This document shows positions 41,653 to 49,497 of a stretch of DNA of 64,000 bases, in pieces. Position 1 is the first letter of the stretch, and every line of letters begins with the position of its first letter. The notes beneath the pieces were generated by a model, which was given only the letters and a program-made list of their open reading frames with translations, had not been told where the DNA came from and ran no database searches. The position numbers were made by a program, and so were the translations under genes. Origin of the DNA: an uncultured Actinomycetota bacterium (GTDB taxonomy: Bacteria; Actinomycetota; Actinomycetes; JAFAQI01); contig CAVYQE010000001.1 of assembly GCA_963770565.1 (NCBI GenBank), forward strand, positions 768,001 through 832,000, read 5' to 3'.

Positions 41653-41730
41653 CTTCCCGGCACGCTGCAGAAGAGGCTTCGTTCTCGCCCGTTTCACCAG
41701 CCCTGGTTTGAGCCGTTGCACCGGGAGTCG

Positions 41731-42157
41731 TCAAGCGGGCGCTTGATCGAACACGCTGAGCCCTCCCCGAGGGCCGAGTTCAAGGGTCGCGCTTCGCACC
41801 TTGTAGGAGTGACCGCAGGAGTCACCGGTTGAGCGTTGGTAGTACCGCACTCGAGCTGCTGAGGCGAGGAGCACGCGTCCGCGCGCGTTAGCGATCTTGA
41901 CCGAGACATCGGTGACATGGTCGAACTTCGCCCCTTGAACACTGACCTGGGATCCTTGAAACGTGGAGCATCGCTGGTCTGCGCAAACCGTGATCGTCTT
42001 CGCGGTCGGGTGTGCGCCGAAGTATTGAGACGCGAGGACGAGGACGCCGGACTGTAATGGCTCCGTCGGTGAGCATTCACCGCTGTAGGCGCAGCTAGAA
42101 AGCGCGCCCACCGCAAGGATCGCCGCGAGTCGAATAATGATTCAGCAACCTACTCAC
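41731..42157 (-). pseudogene. Lipoprotein gene with apparent +1 frameshift in signal peptide
   Basis: ORF 41731-42111 has lipobox LSSC; deleting one A near 42142 joins GTG 42157 to give MSRLLIIIRLAAILAVGALSSC. Confidence 0.5.
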
Positions 42158-42408
42158 CTGGTTGTGCGCCCCGGTTGACCTTCGGCGATCGTGATCAAAT
42201 CGTTCTGGGTGTGGACCACCTATACGTGTCTTGCGGTCGGCAGCCCCTGTGATCGTCGCGGTGTGGCCGCCCGTGCGCGAAGTGCCGTTCCTCGACGCAC
42301 ATTCCCGGCGTTCCCGACATCCGATAAGGCCACGGGAGCTTCGTGGCGTAGCGGGTCTCGTGAGCCTGATTCGCTGCGGGGCCGGCGGGTGTGATTTAGA
42401 TTCTCGCC

Positions 42409-43602
42409 ATGGGCCAGTTCGGGTTGAGGTCGTTACGTGTAGCGGGCTCGGTCACGGTTATGGCCGTGGTCGCGATGATGGCGGCCCCGATCGCGGCTGG
42501 CGCGGCGGGGAGCGCGCCGCACCTGAGGAAGGTCGCGGTGTTCCGGCTGGGTAAGGACCCGGACGCGATCGGGTTCACGCCCAACAGCAAGTCCGCCTAC
42601 ATCACCAATAGCGGCTCGGGCACGGTTACTGCGGTCCACACCGGCGCGGTGTTGCGCCTCGCGACGGTCAAGACGGGAAGCGACCCGGACGCAATCGTAA
42701 TGAGCCCGAATGGGAAGACCGCGTACGCAGTGAACAGCGGGTCCGCGTCGGTGACGCCGATCTCCACCGCGACCGACAAGGCTCGCCGGCCGATTCGCGT
42801 GGGGAGCGGACCGTGCGCGATCGCGATCTCATCGCGCACGAAACGGGGTTATGTCACGAACTGCGGTTCCGGCACGGTCACACCGTTCAGCTTGGCCACG
42901 AACAAGCCGGGTCCGCCAATTGCGGTGGGGACCGGTCCTGACGCGATCGTGATCACGCCCAACGGCAAGACTGCGTACGTCGCGAACTTCATCGCGGGCA
43001 CGGTCAGCCCGGTCAACTTGCTGACGAACCTGGCAGGTCCACCGATCACGGTCGGCCATCAAGCGGTCACGATGGCGATCACCCCAAACGGTCGGCAGGT
43101 GTATGTCGCGAACTTCGAGTCGAACACGGTCACCCCGATCAACACCACCACGAACAAGGCAGGACCGGCGATCAAGGTCGGCCGCGGACCGGATGCTCTC
43201 GCGGTTGCGGATAATGGCAAGACGGTGCTCGTCGCGAACTACGGTTCGGGTTCGGTCACCGCGATCACGGTCAAGACCAACAAGATCCGCAAGACGATCA
43301 AAGTCGGCAAGAACCCCGAATCAATCGCACTCATGAGCCACACGACGTGGGCGTTGGTCGCCAACGAGGGGTCAGACACTCTCACCGAGTTCAATGCAGT
43401 GACCTTCGGCAAGACCCAGGAGCTGCGAGTCGGCAAGAACCCGAACGTGGCACGCACCACCCCCAACGGCCGCTACCTCTACGTCCTCGCCCAAGGCTCC
43501 CCTCCCTCTGCAGCGCACCTCACCCCCGCCCTCCACGCCCGCCGGCCATGCGACGCGGCCGTCGATACCTGCCCTGGAGAGGGTGAGGCCCTCAACCAGT
43601 AA
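42409..43602 (+). CDS. Secreted YncE/YVTN-type beta-propeller repeat protein
   Basis: Signal peptide and ~8 repeats of VGxxPxAIxxTPxGKxAYVxNxxSxTVTP. Confidence 0.9.
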   Translation: MGQFGLRSLRVAGSVTVMAVVAMMAAPIAAGAAGSAPHLRKVAVFRLGKDPDAIGFTPNSKSAYITNSGSGTVTAVHTGAVLRLATVKTGSDPDAIVMSPNGKTAYAVNSGSASVTPISTATDKARRPIRVGSGPCAIAISSRTKRGYVTNCGSGTVTPFSLATNKPGPPIAVGTGPDAIVITPNGKTAYVANFIAGTVSPVNLLTNLAGPPITVGHQAVTMAITPNGRQVYVANFESNTVTPINTTTNKAGPAIKVGRGPDALAVADNGKTVLVANYGSGSVTAITVKTNKIRKTIKVGKNPESIALMSHTTWALVANEGSDTLTEFNAVTFGKTQELRVGKNPNVARTTPNGRYLYVLAQGSPPSAAHLTPALHARRPCDAAVDTCPGEGEALNQ

Positions 43603-43672
43603 TGGCTCAACACGAGGAGGTGCCGCCGCGGCGACAACCCTCCGCGCACGAGCATGGAACGGCATAGGAGAG

Positions 43673-43704
43673 GTACCGATATCGTCCGCGACGATGGTCG
43701 GCAC
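43673..43704. repeat. Intergenic bulged hairpin repeat, copy 2
   Basis: GTACCGATATC-GTCCGCG-ACGATGGTCGGCAC, framed by GAACGGCA (43657) and TGCCGTAG (43719)/TGCCGTTC (43744). Confidence 0.8.
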
Positions 43705-43805
43705 TCAGCCGACAGAGGTGCCGTAGCGTCTGGCCACCAGGGGTGCCGTTCGCGGGCCATTCGAGAACGCCGCTCGATGGAAGCCAGGCGAAGTACGGTG
43801 GCAAG

Positions 43806-44057
43806 ATGCGGCTAGCCAGGTGGAGCGCTGCTGTCGTTGTCATCCTGGGCGCTGGGCTTGCGGGCGTGTTCACAGGTGCGTATGAGCAGATCTGTCTTCT
43901 GGACTCAGCGGACTACTGCTATACGACGCACGACTGGGTGTCGACCCAGACTCTGGCCGGAGCGGCGATTGGCATCGTCGCCGGTCTCCTCCTCGTGATC
44001 AGTTGGGTGTGCGGAGAGCGACTCATTCGACGACGACAACGACATCGCGTCGTGTAG
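43806..44057 (+). CDS. Small two-TM protein with Cys-x7-Cys loop
   Basis: TM-CLLDSADYC-TM-basic tail. Confidence 0.55.
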   Translation: MRLARWSAAVVVILGAGLAGVFTGAYEQICLLDSADYCYTTHDWVSTQTLAGAAIGIVAGLLLVISWVCGERLIRRRQRHRVV

Positions 44058-44084
44058 TGCCGTTAGCCGGCTGGGTGGAGGTCG

Positions 44085-45431
44085 TCAGCCGAGCACTCGC
44101 CGTGCCAGGTCGAGATGGAAGCGTACGGAGAGCAACAGGTCGTCAACGTGCACCCGTTCGTTGGCGTTGTGGGCGCCGGCCTCGATCACCTCGGTCGGTG
44201 TGGCCCGGAACGGGCTGAAGCCGTATGCCGCAGTGCCGGCCGCGGCGCGCAGGTAGTTGCTGTCCGTGAACCCGGTGCACAGCCGCGGGATGATGGTGGC
44301 CGAGTCATCGTCCGCCGCGAGGAAGGCGGCGATGGCTGCTGGCACGGGGCCGTCGAGTGGTGAGCTCGACGCCGGGGTGATCGGCTCGGGCCACCCGAGC
44401 TCGTAGGCGATGTCGTCGCCGAGCAGCGACCTGACATGCGCCTCGACGTTGTCCTGCGTCGTACCGGGAAGGATCCGGCAATCCACCTCGGCGGTGGCCC
44501 GCGCCGGCATGACGTTGCGTTGCTCGGATCCCCACAGCATGGTCGGCGCGAGCGTCGATCCCATCAGGGCCGGCAGGATGTGCACCAGGGTCGGATGGAG
44601 GGCGCCCGCCTCAGCCACCGCTCGGCCAAGGTCCGGCTCGTCGCGGCCGAGAACGGCACGCAGCAACGCTGTAAACACCGGCGTGGGAGCCGGATCGGGG
44701 AGACCATTGCCCAGTCTCACCAGCAGTCGAGCCAGCATCGGCACGGCGTTGTTGCCGAGCGTCGGCTGCGACGCGTGGCCCGCCTCGCCCGACGCCGTGA
44801 TCTGGAATGGCAGCGTGCCCTTCTCGCCGACGGCGTACATCACGACCTCGCGTCCATCGGCCAGGGGCAACCGTTCACCGCCGCCTTCATTGACACTGTG
44901 GGTCGGCCGGATGTCGGCCCGCTCCTTTAGCAGCCAGCGCATCCCGACGTCCGCGAAACCGTCCTCCTCGTCCGCCACTGCGATGAACCACAGGTCGCCG
45001 GTCGGTCGGAATCCGTTGCGCGCCAGTTCCGCCATCGCCACAGCCCGGGCCGCGACCTCGTTCTTCATGTCTACGGCGCCGCGACCCCACAGCCAGCCGG
45101 CATCGTCGACGATGGCCTCGAACGGCGGGTGAGTCCAGTCGCGCGGGTCGCACGGCACGACGTCCGTGTGGCCGACGAACGCCAGCGATTCCGCATCGGG
45201 GGACGCGCCCCGGATGCGTGCCACGAGATTGGCCCGGTCCGGGTCGCGGGCGACCAGTTCAACTTCGACACCGTTGCGGGCAAGGTAGTCCTGCAGGTAC
45301 GCCGCACACCGGGTTTCGTTGCCCAGCCCGGGCTCGCGGGCGTTGGTCGTGTCGAGCCGCATCAGGTCGCGGGCAACCTCGATCACCTCGTCATGAAGGC
45401 GCGAGAGGTCGAGCCCTGCCGGTCCCGTCAT
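44085..45431 (-). CDS. M20/M25/M40 family metallo-hydrolase
   Basis: GHTDVVP, GRGAVDMK, ADEE, NEGGG, GFTD, AHNANE. Confidence 0.93.
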   Translation of the reverse strand: MTGPAGLDLSRLHDEVIEVARDLMRLDTTNAREPGLGNETRCAAYLQDYLARNGVEVELVARDPDRANLVARIRGASPDAESLAFVGHTDVVPCDPRDWTHPPFEAIVDDAGWLWGRGAVDMKNEVAARAVAMAELARNGFRPTGDLWFIAVADEEDGFADVGMRWLLKERADIRPTHSVNEGGGERLPLADGREVVMYAVGEKGTLPFQITASGEAGHASQPTLGNNAVPMLARLLVRLGNGLPDPAPTPVFTALLRAVLGRDEPDLGRAVAEAGALHPTLVHILPALMGSTLAPTMLWGSEQRNVMPARATAEVDCRILPGTTQDNVEAHVRSLLGDDIAYELGWPEPITPASSSPLDGPVPAAIAAFLAADDDSATIIPRLCTGFTDSNYLRAAAGTAAYGFSPFRATPTEVIEAGAHNANERVHVDDLLLSVRFHLDLARRVLG

Positions 45432-45493
45432 ACGTCACTCCCAAGCCGGTTGAGCATCCAGGCACTGATGGGCAAGGCCCAACAGGACGAAAC

Positions 45494-46924
45494 CTAGGCG
45501 AATCGCGAGTTCGTTGGTGGCGGGGGGCAGGAATCGCGGCGGCCAGGCCGTTGATAGGCCGCCGGGCTCGTCGAATCGTCGGGGTCGTCGGGATCGTCGC
45601 CGGCCAGCCGATACGGGGCGACGATGCGGCTGCTTCCGGCGGGGGTGGTCCATTCCAGGTAGCCGTTGGGCAGGGTTCGGACGGTCCAGCCGGCGTGAGT
45701 CTTGCAGCGGTGGTGGCGTCGACATCGCGGACACACGTTCGTCTCGTCGGACGGTCCGCCGACATCGTGCGGCACGGTGTGCTCACCGTCACAACGCGAT
45801 GACGGAATCGAGCAGCCGGGGTAGTCGCAGTTGGGGCGAACCCCGAGCATGAAGTCGCGGAGCACCTTGTTGGGCCGGTAGCTTGCTCGCCCGATGGCGA
45901 TGAGGGCACCGGTGTCTTCGGCGGTGCAGAACCGCTGCCATTCGCCCTCGGCGGCCAGCTCCCGAAGGTGTTCGGCGGTGATCGGGCCGTAACCAGCCAG
46001 CTCGCCCGGATCGTTTCGCAAGCCCAGCAGCGTCTTGATCCCGCCGGTGACCTGCACCGTCACCCGCGCACGGGCGGAGGACGGAAGGTCGCGGTCGGTG
46101 ACCGCACCGGCGCACAGGTCGGCGAGGGCGTCCGCGCGGCGCTGATCCACGGTCCGGATCTGGTCGAGCCTCCCGCTCTTGACCTGCTGCCGGTCGCTGG
46201 CACCGTACTGGTCCGCGATCTCGGTGAGGCTGTTCATGACAACCTTTGCGTCCTCAGCGCGCAGCTCGGCGTACACCGCGGCCATCCCGTCCGGTAGTGG
46301 CCAGGACTCGATCCGGCGCCCACGGATCGCGCGTTGCCGCTTCGCTTCCGCAGCCGCGGTGTCGGCCTTGATCACTTCTCGGCGCAGCTTGCGCCGCCAG
46401 GCAGTCACATCCCGGTTGATCTCCCAGCTGTCGACCATCGCCTGGTCGACCTGCTCGACCTGCCACGGCTCGAGCCCCGCGGTTGCATCCACGACCGCGC
46501 GCGCCATCAGCCAGCTGATCCCGCCCCGCTCCAGCGCCGACCGCACCCCAGGCAGGTTGGAGAGCACGGTCCGCGCGGTGTGCAGGTCGGTCCCGGCGCT
46601 GTTCAAGGTCTGGCCCGTGATCAAGGCGATGATCTCGGGACCGAAGTCATCGGTGCCGAACGGACCAGCGACGGCGTGCTGCGGGCTCGCCGCGCCGGCG
46701 ACCGCTTCCGCACGCCGGAGCTGGGTCCACGCGAGGAGGCGGTCCCATACGCCGAGCACCCGCTCCCGATCCGCGTCCGACAGGATCTCTTCGCGCAGGT
46801 GGTCCAGCACGGACAGCATCCGTACGCCGGGCCGCTCGACCTCCAGCTTGTCGAGGAGCCTCGCCGGGCAGTTGGCCAGCAGCTCGTCGACCGCTGCGGC
46901 GCAGTCGTCGCGGAACTCGAACAC
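45494..46924 (-). CDS. DUF222/13E12-type HNH endonuclease
   Basis: QRRADALADL, GYGPI, CDYPGC, EH, NVCPRCRRHHRCKT, WTTPAG; likely GTG start inside LexA box. Confidence 0.92.
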   Translation of the reverse strand: MFEFRDDCAAAVDELLANCPARLLDKLEVERPGVRMLSVLDHLREEILSDADRERVLGVWDRLLAWTQLRRAEAVAGAASPQHAVAGPFGTDDFGPEIIALITGQTLNSAGTDLHTARTVLSNLPGVRSALERGGISWLMARAVVDATAGLEPWQVEQVDQAMVDSWEINRDVTAWRRKLRREVIKADTAAAEAKRQRAIRGRRIESWPLPDGMAAVYAELRAEDAKVVMNSLTEIADQYGASDRQQVKSGRLDQIRTVDQRRADALADLCAGAVTDRDLPSSARARVTVQVTGGIKTLLGLRNDPGELAGYGPITAEHLRELAAEGEWQRFCTAEDTGALIAIGRASYRPNKVLRDFMLGVRPNCDYPGCSIPSSRCDGEHTVPHDVGGPSDETNVCPRCRRHHRCKTHAGWTVRTLPNGYLEWTTPAGSSRIVAPYRLAGDDPDDPDDSTSPAAYQRPGRRDSCPPPPTNSRFA

Positions 46925-46932
46925 GTGTTCGA
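46917..46932. promoter_or_regulatory. LexA (SOS) box
   Basis: Perfect palindrome TCGAAC-ACGT-GTTCGA matching the actinobacterial consensus. Confidence 0.92.
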
Positions 46933-46953
46933 TCCTAAGCGCTCCCACCGACA
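46932..46953 (-). promoter_or_regulatory. PafBC / RecA-NDp promoter motif
   Basis: Minus strand TGTCGG-TGGGAGCGCT-TAGGAT = TGTCGG-N10-TANNNT. Confidence 0.85.
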
Positions 46954-47035
46954 GGAATCGAGGCTGACTCAGTCGCCTGTGTACAACCCCTCGCCGGACG
47001 CCAGTACGGACGCCGCGATCCCGGCCGGATGGCGC

Positions 47036-47749
47036 TCAGCGACCGCCGCGGATGGCGCGCAGGTGAAGGAACATCGGGATCCGGTGCCACGGCCGGGACG
47101 GGTCAGGGTCGGTCGGTTCCCGGATCCGGTCGATCAGCAGGCCGGCTTCAGCGAGCGCATCGACGTAGTCCGCGATCGGACGGTGCTCGCTGTGGAAGGT
47201 CATTGTCAGGCCGTCGCGGGTGCACCGGTCCGAGTACTGATGCCGGTCGTACCAGTCGTCGGTGATGACGAACGGCGAAGCGACGTCGTCGGCGTTGTCG
47301 AACCGTCCGACCGCGTTGACCGGGTGCACGATCGCCGCCACGAACACTCCACCGGAACGCAACACCCGGCCGGCCTCGGAGATGGCCTGCGCGTAGTCGT
47401 CGATGTCCTGCAACGACATGAACGCGATCGCGAGGTCGGCGGATCCGTCGCGCAACGGCAGCCGCGCGCCGTCCGCGATCAGCACGTGTCCGTGCGGGTC
47501 GGGATGGTCGGCGGCCGCGCGGGCGAGCTGTGCGGAGCCGTCGATCGCGACGACCCGATGTCCACGCGCGACGAGGTCCCGCGAGACCCGGCCCTCGCCG
47601 CAGCCGATGTCGACGGTCAACTCGCCTGGGGCGGGCAGCAGGTCGAACAACGCCTCGCGATGGAATCGCCAGTAGCTGTCGTGACCCGGAGCTCGCGCCC
47701 AGGCGATCCAGTCCGCCGCCTCTTGGTCCCATGCACCGCGAAGTGTCAC
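47036..47749 (-). CDS. Class I SAM-dependent methyltransferase
   Basis: WDQEAADWIAWAR, VDIGCGEGR, EAGRVL. Confidence 0.9.
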   Translation of the reverse strand: MTLRGAWDQEAADWIAWARAPGHDSYWRFHREALFDLLPAPGELTVDIGCGEGRVSRDLVARGHRVVAIDGSAQLARAAADHPDPHGHVLIADGARLPLRDGSADLAIAFMSLQDIDDYAQAISEAGRVLRSGGVFVAAIVHPVNAVGRFDNADDVASPFVITDDWYDRHQYSDRCTRDGLTMTFHSEHRPIADYVDALAEAGLLIDRIREPTDPDPSRPWHRIPMFLHLRAIRGGR

Positions 47750-47786
47750 GGACGCCAGTTTGCCGGTTGTCCGCTTTGATAGTTGC

Positions 47787-49487
47787 GTGCCACGGCAGAG
47801 GTCACTCCGGGACCGTGACGAGCGACGGATCGCGTTTGCGCTGATCGTGTCCTTCGCGGTGACCGTTGCGGTCGCCGTCGCCGCAGCGGCAACCCGGAGC
47901 GGATGGGGCACGGTCGTCGCGCTGTTCGCGAGCGTCGTCGCCGAGGTCATGATCGGCCGTCGCTCGTCGGCTCTGCTGGGTGCCCTCCGCTGGTCGAGCG
48001 CCGGCCCGCCCACGCGTACGGCGCTCCGGATGGTCGCCGTCCTGCTGTTGGCGGCTCGCTGCTTCGGGTCCTCGATCGTCATCGGCACCGCCATTGCGGC
48101 CGTCGTACTCATCACTGCCGCGATCGCGGCCGAGGCCTTGCGCTACCTGGTCGCCCGGATGCGACGGCTGCCGCTGGTCAGCCGCAACCTCGACCTGGGC
48201 GACTTCGCCGTACCCGACCTGCCACCAGCGATTGCGACCGATCCGTCCACGGCCGATGCGGCTGCCTCGGTCGTCGCGGCACTGGGCCTCGCGATCGCGA
48301 TGCACGTCACCACATCGAAGGGCGTCGCCGCGGCCGGTCTGGCACTTGCGGCCCTGATCGCCGCGCTGCCGGTGGTCGTGCTCGGCACCCACCTGCGAAC
48401 CCTGATCCGCGCGCAGCTGCGCAGCCGTCTCACGACCGCAGCAACCACCGCGATCGAGGCGCTGGCGCCCGAGGTCGCGCTGTATTTCGACGCGAGCGCC
48501 GAGGAGCTCTACCAGTTGCGGATGTGGTTGGCCCCGGTGGCACAACTCGGCCGGCGCGCGGTCGTCATCCTGCGCAGCTACGAGGTCTTCGACGCACTGA
48601 GCGATGTCACGCTTCCGGTGATCTGCAGCCCGTTCAACGGGACCATCGCGTCGCTGCCGTTGCCGCGCCGGGTCGTCACGCTGTTCCCCACTCACACCGG
48701 CAACAACCTGTCGATGCTGCGCCGGCCCGAAGTGCGGAGCGTGTTCGTCGGGCACGGTGACAGTGACAAGCCCGACAGCGTCAACCCGTTTGCGCGGGTG
48801 TACGACGAGGTGTGGGTGGCCGGCCCGCTCGGTCGCCGCCGGTACGCCCAGGCGAGGATCGGGGTGGCCGACCGGGCGATCGTCGAGATCGGCCGGCCGC
48901 AGGCCCAGGCGGCCTCGACCAGGCCGCCGCAGGAGCCCACCATCGTCTACGCGCCGACCTGGGAAGGCTGGGGCAACGACCCGCACCACAGCTCGCTGGC
49001 CCAGATCGGCGCGACCCTGATCGAGCGGCTGGTCGACCGCCCGGATGTGCGGATTCGCTATCGGCCACATCCGCTGACCGGGCAGCGCGACCCGGCCTTG
49101 CGCGCCGCGCACCAGCGGATCATCAGGATGGTCGGCCGGGTACCGGAGGACGAGCCGCTCGCGGTGACGCTCGCGGGTGCATCCGGGGTGATCGGCGATA
49201 TCTCGGCGGTCCTCAGCGAGTTCCTGCCGTACGACCGGCCGTACGCCGTCGTCGACACCAGAGGCCTGGGTTCGACCCGGTTCATCGAGCGATTCCCGAC
49301 CGCGGCCGGCGGGTTCGTGCTCGGCCCCGATCTCGATCGGCTGGACGCGTTCATCGGCGCCGCCCTCGGCGGGCCCGACCAGACGTCGACCGCCCGCGGG
49401 GACCTGATGGCCGACGCCCTCGGTGATCCGGCGACGTCGCAGGACCGGTTCGCCGACGCGGTCAGCCGGCTCCTCGCCGCCGAATAG
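47787..49487 (+). CDS. Second membrane-anchored CDP-polyol phosphotransferase (TagF-like)
   Basis: GHGDSDK, NPFARVY, IGRPQ, VYAPTWEGW, RPHPLTG; paralogous to 33192-34979. Confidence 0.8.
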   Translation: MPRQRSLRDRDERRIAFALIVSFAVTVAVAVAAAATRSGWGTVVALFASVVAEVMIGRRSSALLGALRWSSAGPPTRTALRMVAVLLLAARCFGSSIVIGTAIAAVVLITAAIAAEALRYLVARMRRLPLVSRNLDLGDFAVPDLPPAIATDPSTADAAASVVAALGLAIAMHVTTSKGVAAAGLALAALIAALPVVVLGTHLRTLIRAQLRSRLTTAATTAIEALAPEVALYFDASAEELYQLRMWLAPVAQLGRRAVVILRSYEVFDALSDVTLPVICSPFNGTIASLPLPRRVVTLFPTHTGNNLSMLRRPEVRSVFVGHGDSDKPDSVNPFARVYDEVWVAGPLGRRRYAQARIGVADRAIVEIGRPQAQAASTRPPQEPTIVYAPTWEGWGNDPHHSSLAQIGATLIERLVDRPDVRIRYRPHPLTGQRDPALRAAHQRIIRMVGRVPEDEPLAVTLAGASGVIGDISAVLSEFLPYDRPYAVVDTRGLGSTRFIERFPTAAGGFVLGPDLDRLDAFIGAALGGPDQTSTARGDLMADALGDPATSQDRFADAVSRLLAAE

Positions 49488-49497
49488 GCTTGCAGGC

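Noticed and set aside
41610-41711. Possible frameshift in the Imm63 C-terminus (alternative frame EVPDAEAL)
   Set aside because: The recognisable domain is complete before this point, and it cannot be judged without homologues.
42236-42290. GTCGGCA-N39-GTGCCGTTC spacing identical to that at 43697-43751
   Set aside because: The left hairpin arm is absent and the intervening sequence does not align. It may be coincidence, so it is not counted as a full copy.
38093-44084. CRISPR array or canonical integron
   Set aside because: Repeats are few, degenerate and separated by whole genes. There is no cas or intI gene and no clear RYYYAAC...GTTRRRY pair.
46978-46986. DnaA-box-like TGTGTACAA upstream of the HNH gene
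   Set aside because: A single box with a mismatch, with no cluster or AT-rich unwinding region.
45432-47035. DUF222-HNH region as an IS with terminal repeats
   Set aside because: No terminal inverted repeats or target duplication could be identified by eye.
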